Source: Mytilus edulis | Taxonomy: Eukaryota | DNA: 64,000 nucleotides | Assembly: GCF_963676685.1 (NCBI RefSeq) | Contig: NC_092353.1 | Span: 16,368,001 to 16,432,000 of the forward strand | Direction of reading: 5' to 3' | Shown here: positions 39,001 through 50,800 of the stretch, in pieces | Layout of the letters: every line of letters begins with the position of its first letter | Position numbering within the stretch: the first letter of the stretch is position 1 | Made by a program: the position numbers and the translations under genes | The notes under the pieces: generated by a model | Seen by the model: the letters and a program-made list of their open reading frames with translations, nothing else | Database searches by the model: none | What the model was told of the DNA's origin: nothing

Positions 39001-40954
39001 GGGACAGGAATTTGCCCTGCTGCAGGTTCAGACAAAAGGCCACCGACGACCCCTCACGGCCCCTCAAAGAGTTATTGCAATAGTTCTTAACCTGCAGAGA
39101 TCATGGCACTTTCTTTCTATATGAGGTTTCTGATCAAAAGTGACCAATCTCACAGTCACATTTGTTGAAAATTAAACATCTCGCACAGTTTTACTATCGA
39201 TGTTTTTACTGTTTTTATTGTATCACATAAACATTATCCTTTATGATGACAGACTTGCATTCTGGTGACATTTCCTTAGTAGAATGTGTTCACATATGGA
39301 ACAAATCTTGTCTTTATGTCCCATGTATGTGTCAATTGCTCCTGATCCACTTGACAGCATTTTGTAAATCATCGATACAATCTTTATCTCATGATGTACT
39401 TTTTCAAAGGACAATTTATAAAGTGTTACGTCCATAAATAGTATCAGAAAATGCATGTTGGGAAAAACAACTTTTTATAAATTCATGCAAAATATTTGAT
39501 ACAGTATCTATTGTTATAGGTATCTAAAAATGGATCCCACCAGAACACACAGACTAAGTATACGAGGAAAATAAAGTCTTATAGATCAACAACTAAAAAC
39601 TGTAATGAACAGATGATATATGAGATAAAGATAGAACTGGTATGAAAGGTGACAGTAGAACATTGAAATAATTCGAAAGGTAGGTATAGCTTTACACTCA
39701 ATTCTGATTGTTTTAAGTAAGTATTTGCAGTTTTCCCTATTATTTTATTTCAATAACATGAAATGTTGTAGTATGTCCAAGGGACAACAAACAACCAACG
39801 AGCTAATTTAAAAGAATAAAGAGCAGCAATACAATTCTACAACAATTGAAAGAGTCATTTAAGTTAACAAAGAAGTCTATAAGAAGAACAAATCCGTACA
39901 CACAACTTCTCAGTTAACTGTTTCACAGATTGCATTGATATTGTGCTCGAATAATCAGATTATGTTAATACATATGTGTTTTGGTGCCAATCCAAAGATG
40001 AGAGTAACAGCAGGACATATTTTAACTTGAATCTGAAGGAAATATAAACAAAGATCTCCTTCTCTGAAACTGAATAACAAATTTAAGAGATAATATAATG
40101 AGAATTGCCACTGGTACTAAAAATGAAAAATTCCACAAAAAGAAAACTTTTTTTTTATTTTCAAACTGATGTGTAGTGTATAAAATAATGTAAAGTTGTA
40201 GGATTGCCAATGAGACAACTATCCACCAAATTTGAGACGATGTGGATGTAAACAATAATATACAATTGTGCAGACTTCAACAATGAGAAAACCCATACCG
40301 TATTGTCGGCTACAAAAGACCAAGACATAAACAATATATGAAACAATTCAATGTAGAAAAAATAACGACCTAAATTATAATAAAACAATATAAGAATGTT
40401 AAAGTGCAGCCCGTATTGAAAACATGTAAATTTGCCATGAACCCAGACTCGGGGCGCTAAAATTCATCTCCAAATCGTATAAGATCAGGCCCTGAAGTCA
40501 AAAAAAATTCTCAGTGCTCTGAGCACAACAAAATCGTGCTCGAATCATGAATTCCAGAATTTTGATTGGTTGATTTGTTCATTCTGGAGTATGAGTAAAA
40601 AACTGACTCAAAAGTTTTATGACTTCAAGGCCAGTTTTCAAGTAGGTAAATCAAACATTATTCCATTCTTTTTTTTCATTTTTCTCCATGTATAATATGA
40701 ACCTTGTATAATCAACGTTATACCACCTTTATAAATGCATGTACACTGGTTCTCATTATGTCATGGTTGACCTATGTTTGATCTTATTATTGAACTTTAA
40801 CAAACGTGATAAATATTATAATCCACTTTTTCCTTTCCAGAAACAAGTTGGCAAAGATATGTATCACATGCATAGCAAGAGCAGTGGAAAATAACATTGA
40901 AGGAGAATTATGAAACAGTGATTAAAACATCAAATTGAGAGAGAGAAAAACACT

Positions 40955-41575
40955 TTTTAACCGGATTTTTGTGACAAAAATGTCGGTTATTGATTTGGGG
41001 ATGTACGGCGGGCGGGCGGGCGGCAATCAAATGTTGTCCGTGCATTAACTCATGAACCGTTCAACCAAAGCTTTTCAAATTTTAATATGTTGTTACTGAC
41101 AACTAACTGAAGGTCAAGTTCAATAATGGCGATTTTGATTTTTACCGTTCAGGCGTTATGGTTCTTATAAGATTGAAAAATGAAGTTTCCAGTCGTGTCC
41201 GTGCATTTACGCATGAACTGTTCTACCAAAGCTTCCCAAATTTTAATATGTTGTTACTGATGACAAAATAGAGGTCAACTTTAATAATGACGATTTTGAC
41301 TTTTACCGTTCAGGAGTTATGGTTCTTGAAAGATTGCAAAATGGAGTTTCCAGTAGTGTCCGTGCATTTACGCATGAACTGTTCTACCAAAGCTTCCCAA
41401 ATTTTAATATGTTGTTACTGATGACAAAATAGAGGTCAAGTTCAATAAAGACGATTTTGACTTTTACCGTTCAGGAGTTATGGTTCTTGAAAGATTGTAA
41501 AATGGCGTTTCCTTTCACGTTGTTGCATTTACTCATGAACCATTTAATCTAAGCTTTTCAAATTTTAATATGTTG
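40955..41575 (+). mobile_element. Helentron-associated interspersed element (HINE/pearl-like) with (GGCG)n microsatellite and 161-bp tandem core repeats, 3'-truncated
   Basis: T-rich start, short inverted motif, (GGCG)n at about 41007-41023, then units starting TGTCCGTGCATT at 41035, 41196, 41357 and a partial fourth. Architecture typical of bivalve HINEs. Confidence 0.7.
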
Positions 41576-43057
41576 AGTTCCTAAGCTTGTTTTATGCAGT
41601 CAAAAAAATTAATTTTGATAAGCAAACCATGTATGTTCAAAAATTATAAAGGTTAATATATGTACCAAATGACCACCGTCAGACATAAATCAGTCTGTTT
41701 GAAATCAGTCTTTAGATTTTTATACTTTTACAAAATATTCCTCTGTATGTATGTCTGTAAGATTCAAATCCATCCCAGTTTTATGAGGAACTACAAATCA
41801 AGAGTGAACATGCTATACTTAGTAATGTAGTTTAAATCTGACCCTTTCAATTCCTCGTTAACAGGATGCCTAAATATTGTAACACCAAATTTCATATATT
41901 TTTTTAGTAATACATTGTACGCTCTCAGTTAAGGTTTATAGGAATAGGAAAGAGTACAAAAGTTATGCATACCTAAGTTACTATTCACAATACACACATT
42001 ACAAGTGAATGAAATTGCAGAATGATTAATGTATACAAAAAAAAAGAAATCTGTCAATAAATTTCTTTAACCAGTAAAAATCTAACAATGGGCATATGAT
42101 TGGAAATTTATTTATGAGAAATAAGACTGGAAAAGTGGCCGTATTCTGATTATTCCCTCAGCACACAGCATTAAAGAGAAATAACATAGACTTCAGTCTG
42201 AAGGTACCTGGTATAGAGGGACATGTCTTATAGTAGATTCTCTCCTTGTGGTGAACTAGCATGTTGAAAAAGTAGCTCAGTGCATTATTGGTCTAGTTCT
42301 GTACAAAATAGGTTAATTACATTGTATTTATATCTGAGTATCATGTCCTCTTCCTGCACTCAACTTGCCACTGGATCACATAACATCCATCCAACCATCC
42401 ATCTTCTCAAAAGTAATATACCGAGTTTCAATGTTCAATTCTTGTTCAATATGTTCTGATTTGATTCAAGCAAGATACAAATACATGTAATATGGTATTG
42501 TCAAACAGAAATATTAATAAGATCTTACTGAAAACATAAACCTTATAAAATAACCACACAAGATGCAATTCTGAAAATAAATACGACATAAAGCCAGAAT
42601 ATTAAAAAAAAAAAAAGTAACTGTTGAAGAGCTGGAACTAAAGCAAAACCAAATCAGGACAAAAATAAATCAAAGAAATAAAAAAAAACATAACGCAAAC
42701 AACAACATGTCACGATAAAGAAAATGAATGGAAATGTGGTAAGTTTCCAAAGAGAACAATTAACTCACCCTAAATATACAAAACAACCTAAGACCTTTTA
42801 AATAGGCATCACGGTATGCATTCAAATGTAAACACTGTAACTAATTTTAAGGTAAATAAACTAAATTTTACCTGAAATAAAAACAAATAAAAACCTTAAA
42901 AAAGATGCACATTTACGTAATTAAAGAGAGGACATCTTTTTTTATGAACACAGTGGTCTATTAATAATTGCACTGAAAAGAACAGGTACATGTTTATATG
43001 TTTAACAGTAATTAAAAATTCATTACAGATACAGTACTGCTTTAATTAGTGTTATAA

Positions 43058-43400
43058 TGAAACAGTACTGACGAAATCAGCACTGAAACAGTGCTGTCAA
43101 AATCAGTACTGAAACAGTACTGACAAAATCAGAACTGAAACAGTACTGTCTAAATCAGTACTGAAACAGTACTGACGAAATCAGTGCTGAAACAGTACTG
43201 TCAAAATCAGTACTGAAACAGTATAGTCAAAATCAGTACTGAAACAGTTCTGACGAAATCATTGCTGACACAGTACTGTCAAAATCAGTACTGAAACAGT
43301 ACTGTCAAAATCATTACTAAAACAGTACTGTCAAAATCAGTACTGAAACAGTACTGTCAAAATCAGTACTGAAACAGTACTGTCAAAAACAGTACTGAAT
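43058..43400 (-). repeat. Right subterminal tandem array, reverse complement of the left 26-bp unit (about 13 copies)
   Basis: CAGTACTGTCAAAATCAGTACTGAAA repeated head to tail. Confidence 0.95.
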
Positions 43401-46400
43401 AAACAAAAAGTATAACATTACAAGTTTTCTGTCTTGCCGAACAGTACTGATATATACGAGGGAAGAAATGTACCAAAAAAACGTGAGTAAATTCTTGGTA
43501 GTGTAGTAAGTCCCTTAACAAACAAAACGGAAGTTTTTTCTAAAAAAAATGATAAATAACAGTTTTAGTTTTCAAATAATATTTATTTCATTGTTGATAC
43601 ATCTGTTTTTTTTATTCGAAGACGATTTAAATCTTATTTGTATTCGGTAATTTTTTCTTTCACTTTGAAAACTTTGACAGCCGTAGACAGTTAACTATAA
43701 CTTCTTTTCTAAAAAATATCATGTACTGAAAAAGAGTTGCCGTTGTTCATCGCGGGTTTCGGACTGAAAACACATTCGAATTTTGTCTCTCTTCCGGATT
43801 ATAGGTCACATCTTCCTGTAAACCTTCCTCAAATTGTTTTCGAGGGACATATGTTCATCTGGAATGGTCTCAAATCTATGGATTTTGTCATCGTTAACGG
43901 CGGTGACGATGTAATATGGCGTTATTCAATTGTGACGTTATGTGTTAAATCTAACGTCACATTTGCCATAAATTAGGTATCTGTCATAGATTTGGAACCC
44001 ACCATAGATTTGAGTCCTACATATGTAATAATGTTGTGCGCATTATTTTGGCCAAAAATCAGTGCACATACTTATGTACACCATAAAGAAAACAGATAAA
44101 ATGTGGAACAAAATGAGGAAAGAAATTTATGAATCATTCGAAATATTGGGGATTTTATTATCCCAGGCATATATTACCTTAGCCGTATTTAGCACAACTT
44201 TTAGGAATTTTGGGTCCTCAATGCTCTTAACTTTATACTTGTTTGGTTTTCCAATTATATATTTCTGACTCACACTAGTGAGTCTTGTGTAGATGTAACG
44301 TGCGTCTGGCGTATCAAATTATAAGCCTGGTACTTTTGATAACTATTTTAGTAAGATCTTTGTTTAATTGGTTCAATTGTATGTCTACTTTTTAACGCGT
44401 ACCAATTTTAAGAATAAAGGAACTTGTAACTCTCTCAATTGAATGATAGGGGTTTCGAAATGGAACTATTTCCAAGCGTGGCTGGGGTGGTCAAATATTA
44501 TCACTTCGGTTTTTTTCTACGACTGGCAGTGATATCCTTTCAAACGTGAGGTGTCAGCTGGATGTTGGGGATATAGACATACACAGCCATGTCTGGACTG
44601 AATAGGGACGTTACATCCGATGCCTTATGACAAAATAGTGTCACAGTCTCTGCACGTTATATAACCATTGTAACAACTCGTTGGGGGTCCATCGGTTTCA
44701 TTTTTTGCCATGGCATTGTCAGTTTATTTTCGAATACCCGTGTTTAAATATCCCTTGTTTATCTTTCGCTACTCTTTTAGTGGAAGGCCAAATTTCCTTA
44801 CCTATATTTTGGTTGACCTTCCAGTCAGAAACTCCTCATGTTATTTATTGTTAACGGTTTTACGCCTGGAATATTGTACAGAAACCCGGAATATTTATTA
44901 AACCATTATTTTTTTTCAATATATGTATCACTTTGATTTTCACATGTCCATGGAGATTGATTCGATTTGACATTAGCTCTTTAGTCGTATTCCATTCTCC
45001 CTAACAACTTATTGGACATATGTCTTGAGTCACGTTCGGATTTCCTGCATTACGACTGATTTTGCGTATGCCCTTATGTATCTTCTAAAAAAAAGACACA
45101 AAATTACTGAACTCCGCGGAAATTCAAACGGAAAGTTCTTTGTCAAATTGTAAAATCAAAAGCTCAAACACATCAAACGAATGGATAACAACTGAAATAT
45201 TCTTGTAATGGTATAGACATTTTTCCATGTAGAAAATGGTAGATTGAACCTAGCAGCGCAATGAAGGGGTGCAATATGACACCTCAATAGGTGATTGCCA
45301 TTTTGAAGATTCTGCATGCTGACTTAAAACAATAACCTTTTGCTCTAGCTTTCAATTCCAAGAATGTAGAAAAATTCAAAGTGGTAAACAAGAAAATACT
45401 GAGTGATAATTATTGGTAACCAATAATAAACTGTAAACGTATTACACAACTTAAAATATTTAACAAACTGAAAGAACGCAAAACTGGGTACACTGATTAG
45501 TTCGCGATGAACCAGAAGCTTTTACTTCGCTATCGACATCCGGGTAAAATACATTACTATTAACCTTTTACTTTAAACATGTCGACATTTATGAAAGACG
45601 AATAACCTATTGCAACGGTATATGGTTTGGTTTAAAATAAATGTGATAAGATGTGTAAAAAAAACCAAACTTTAATAAAAATTCAAAACAGAAAGTCCCC
45701 TAATGCTATGAGATTTTGATTCTGAACCTTGTAATAAAATGAATGTGTTATCTTGAGTTTATCAAAAATGTAAATGAAAGGTTTTAATATGTTTACAGTA
45801 TTCTGTATAATTTCTATGTGTGTGATTTATACAATCAGAAATTCGATTAAACTTTTAGCCTGAGAAACCTTTCAGCTGCTCAAGGATTAAATGTCTCATA
45901 ATAGTTGACATACTTATCTATATCAATACAGTACTTTTCAAATCCATATATACAGAAATGTACTGTAATAGCATTTCAATTTTTTTCGCAATCAGTATGA
46001 TATATTAAGGATTTTCTTATATCCCAGGAATAGATCATCTGTATTTGTCACAATTGTTTTGTAATTTTGGGTCCTTACTGCTCTTCAACTTTATATTTTA
46101 TAACTCCAAAACGCTAAAAGTGTTGATCGGATATTTAATCCGTGTCCCAAACAATCACTTCATTCACATTAAACTTTTAAAATGATTGCAACTTAATTTT
46201 AACACGTTGCACTTTTAGTGTATAAGTAAGAGTATAGTTTGTCGTGATAAGGACACAAATATATTGAACGATTTATTAACCAAAACCTATAGAGTGGTTG
46301 ACAAAAATAGTCAAGCGCTAAAAAATATCCCGCGTCTATATATTTGTTTGTTTTTATAATAATTAAGATTAGAACACAATGTTGACTGTTGCACCCTTAT

Positions 46401-47807
46401 TTTTGTCATTTTTTTACTATAATGTCTGATTATTTTTTCACACATTGTTTACAATATAAAGGAATTTTATGCTGTTGTAATACATGTGAGGTTTAGCTAG
46501 CTATAAAACCAAGTTTAATCCATCATTTTCAACATAACAAAAATGCCTGTCCCAAGTCGTGAATATGAACTTCCCTCAGACCTCGGTATTTTTGTTACTC
46601 TACCTTTTTATGGGCGTATTTAAAAATTATCAAAACTGGTATCGTTGATGATTGTTTTAACACTGTACCAAAGAACGGAGGAGACAAAGAATTATTTCAC
46701 TACTACAGGACGAAGATGTATGACCGATCTTAAATAAATTGATAACACTCTATAACTCAACATCATCTTTTAAATAAATAGGGTAACATTGGCGAAAGGT
46801 TTCTACCATAAACGGACGGAAGGAAAGACGAACAGAGTTGATCAGTTACTACATCTGAGTTTGCCTTTGGAAATTTAGGTAAACATGCCTTATTATATTG
46901 CCCATTGTTGAAGGTGACCTTTAGATATGTACAACATCGTCCTTTTGTTCTTGATTGATAGTTGAACCAATCATTTTTCTGTTTCTGAAAATCGATACAA
47001 CAGCAGATTTGCTGTTTCTAGCTATCAAACCAGATGTAGTAACACAGTTTGTATGTGTACATTCATCAAATATATATATATATAAAAAAAAAGAAGCTGT
47101 GGTATGATTGCCAATGAGACAACTGTCCACAAGAGACCAAAATGACACAAACATTAACAACTATAGGTCACCGTACGGCCTTTTTATTTCAACTGAATAC
47201 ATATAAATGACTGGCATTTCATAATACATGGTATAACAAAATAATTCCCAGTAAAAATTCTAAACTGAAAGGACCTACTCAAATAGCAAAATCAAAAGCC
47301 CTAACACATCAAACGAATGGATAACAACTGTCATATTCCTGCTTTGGTAACGGTCAATATGTGTAAATTGAATTTGGTTTCAATTGGTGGTCATTTTTGC
47401 TCGATATAGAGCTCCAATATCAATCGCTTGCAATCAATTCCGTTACCTGTAGCTGCTTTTAAGTATCTAAAAATCTAGTATGATGTTGATGTGTACAGGT
47501 TAATAACAAAAACATCTATACTTAATATATCTTAACTGTTTGCAAGTAAATTGTCTGAACAGTTATGTATCAAATATTTCTTTAGCTAGATTTTATCAAA
47601 TTACTCATATCTTTAAACAGCTAAATGAAATAAATGAAACGTTTGTTACAGCTACATTAAACTATGAAATCTAGTGTAATGTTCAGTTGAATAATATTGT
47701 TGGTTATATATCTATATATATAAGATAGTACATTGAAAGTATGCCACGTGTCCTTGAATTGATCTATCAGAACCAGAACTGTTGATGGTACCTCAGTCTT
47801 AGACAAC

Positions 47808-50800
47808 ATGGGAAATCTTACTTTGCATCTATTGTTATGCGTCTTTGTTGGTAAGACTACTAGTTGATTATAATTCTAGATTAACTTAATTCGCATATAT
47901 TTCTTGTGCAGTAAATTTACATAAACACAATATAAGTTCAAAACTGTTATTGTTGTACAAGCTCGTCCTATTTTGTAAACTTTGAAACCTTTGATGTTGT
48001 TTGACAATTTTTACAGGTGATTATAAACATAACATCTGTTATTCTATGTTAAATCTTTGTAATGCTATTCTGAAGTCATTGCTACTAGGCTACTAAGAAA
48101 TTATATAAGGATATTCTTTAAATCAAATTGTCATTGAAGAAGTCCCAGAGAAAAACAAGATTTCGAAGTGTGATAGATTATACACAATAGTGTTGTGACG
48201 TATAGAAAGCACGTGGTGTCATAACAAGGAATTGTAATCACATTGAAATACATTTTTTCGAAATTCAGTCGTGTGGATTTTGTTTAAAAATAAGATAGTA
48301 TTGCAGTGAACAAGTTTGTTCTAATGATTTGAAAATTAGAGACCAATGGCTTCGTTTTTGCCCTCTAAATCAGTTAAATTTGTGTGATGTATGAATAAAA
48401 TACAAAAAATGATAACAGAAATTAAATACTGAACACTGCATCAAATATCCATACTTGGGACTATCATGAAAATATACAACAAACAATGACTTAACAATAT
48501 CAATTTAATCTTCAAAATGTAACGTTTCTCGTTTTTCATTTCAAAGCATAGTTTTTTAGTGTACTATGGCATGTTATTTCTACGACAAGCTGTATAATCA
48601 GCTGCGGAAAGATAGAGGGTAGAGATCAAAGAGACAAAACGCATCAAAACACAAAAGATAAAAAAAAGGCATCATGGCTCGCTTTATTTTGAAAGTGACT
48701 GTCTGATAGAGTGCATTCTTCGGACGTTTACGTTTCGTTTAGCTGTATTTTTATTGCATTTACATGTCCGAGAATATTTTTTATGAATCCATTAAGATAC
48801 TGACACTTCCGGAATAAATGATAGTTGATGTATGCATAGAAAAGCTGCTTATATAATTTTTCAAAATGTATATTTAGCATTGATTGTTCATACCAGAAAT
48901 GGGCAAATTACGGGTTCAAGAAATACATGTACAATAACACCATCATGTTATCTGGTCGTCATTTTTCTTATATGAACTTTATAATTATTCACAGTTATTT
49001 GTACTGCAAAATGTCCGAAAGACTGGGCGGAAGTTGGAAATGAGTGTTTGATGTTTAGTTATGATCGTAACACATGGAGCGGCGCACAGGTTTAATATTT
49101 AAATCAAAACACAAATATAAAAAAAAACAGATACCAAAAAAGAAGTCCGTGATGATTTACACCCCGAAAGACGAATAGCCTCCTTATTACATTTTAAAAC
49201 TATATTTTCTCTCAAAAATATATTAAAGTCATGTTCACATTGTTCGCACCTTTCGTTGTTAGAGTTTTTACAAATATCTATATAGTTAGCTTAGTGAATT
49301 CAGTCACTGAACTATTATACATATTTGTTTAGGGGTCAGCTCAAGGATGCCTCCGGGTACGGGAGTTTCTCGCTGCATTGAAGACCCATCGGTCTCTTTG
49401 ACACATTCCATTCTCAATTTTATTTTCGTCTAAATAAAGAGTTGTTTTGAGAATATTTATTGTTAAATGATGCTCTCTTTGTTCTGTGTGTTTTCTCCCT
49501 TTTTTTAATGGTATAAATTCTGTATCTAGAAAAATGATAAGATCAAATGCTTAATAGGGTTCTTGATCATCAATGGTACATCATTAATCAAGGTCCCTTT
49601 GTCATTGATTATTAAATATATCTATTCATTCGTAGACTATGATGAAAAGCTTTAAACAGTAATTAAATTTTGAATTTGATATAGTAGTCTTTTGTCTGCG
49701 TTGTTCACTCTTACAAGGTTATGAATTTGATGTGGGTATTTGTCATACTAAAGATAATAATATATGGAAGAGGTTTTCGTCATTATAAAGGAAACAATTT
49801 ACATGTAGTCCGGGATTAAAACCTCGGATGGTTTTACTACATGTATCATAAATAGATCAGTGTCAACAATGATATTACTTATTTCATACAAAACAATGTT
49901 TTAAAAATCAATGTAAAATTTCAATGAAAACGTATTTGTTTTGTTTAATTCAAGTGAAATTCACGTTATAAAATCATGTGAATCTCCATTCACGTGAAAT
50001 CAGAATGAAAATTCCCACATCATTTTCACGAATATAAGTTCATGTGAAATTTGCCTGTCTGATTTATGTAAAATTCATATGTTATATTAAAATTTTGTCT
50101 TTGGCAATTCATAATTTTACTATAACAACAATACTGGAAGTGATTAACGACCTTAACTGAGTAATTTGCCTCTATAAAGGGGGGACAATTTAGTTTCGAA
50201 ACTATATAGTTGGGATCACATATTACTTCTTTTAAGAACTGACAGACATTTTTTAATAGAACTACATGTACATATATGTTAAAACAGTATTTTTTAAGAA
50301 CGATTCCAATGTAGGACTGTCAAAATATTTTAATTGAGTAAAACTGTCAGAGTCTGTTCTGGAAAAGAACTGTCCGATAGGAAAATAAAAAGATGTAGTA
50401 TTATTGCCAATGAAACAACTCTCTATCAGATATCATCTATAGGTCACCATTAGGCCTTCAAAAGTTACCTATAGTGTTCCTGTTTATTATTTGGTATGCA
50501 AATAGGACGAAAATTAATTGATTTGGATAAAACTGAGAACGGAAATGGGGAATATGTCAAAGAGACAAAGTCTCGACCAAAGAGAAAAAAAAACAGTCGA
50601 ATTCCACCAATAGGTCTTCAACAGAAAATCCCGCACCCGTAGGCAGGATTAAGCTGGCCCTACCAAGCAATGTGTACTAGTTCAGTGAAAATGAAAGACA
50701 TATTAAACTTTAAAACTTCGAAATGAACTAAAACTAAAAACAATACAAGATTAACAAAGGCCAGAATGTATTTTTCAGTTCCGTTGTTTGTTTCGTATAT

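Larger units (their letters stand above)
32001..43503. mobile_element. CACTA/EnSpm-like non-autonomous DNA transposon, 11.5 kb, with long TIRs
   Basis: Begins CACTACCAAGAATTTACTCACG and ends CGTGAGTAAATTCTTGGTAGTG. About 100 bp of near-perfect TIR is followed by inverted 26-bp subterminal arrays. TA flanks both sides (31999-32000, 43504-43505). No intact transposase seen. Confidence 0.85.
31584..44020. mobile_element. Outer TIR element (about 0.93-kb MITE before insertion; Sola1-like by TSD) interrupted by the CACTA element
   Basis: Left GTAGGACTCAAATCTATGGTGGGTTCCAAATCT is the exact reverse complement of right AGATTTGGAACCCACCATAGATTTGAGTCCTAC. ATAT flanks both sides (31580-31583, 44021-44024). 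Internal repeated AAATCTATGG motifs. The superfamily call is an inference from the 4-bp AWWT TSD only. Confidence 0.8.

Noticed and set aside
31584-44020. Polinton/Maverick or endogenous virus
   Set aside because: Size and long TIRs are suggestive, but there are no polB, integrase, ATPase or capsid ORFs and no 6-bp TSD; nested termini explain the structure.
44478-44630. tRNA gene or SINE
   Set aside because: Looks like a degenerate SINE head, but no cloverleaf or clear A/B boxes could be supported.
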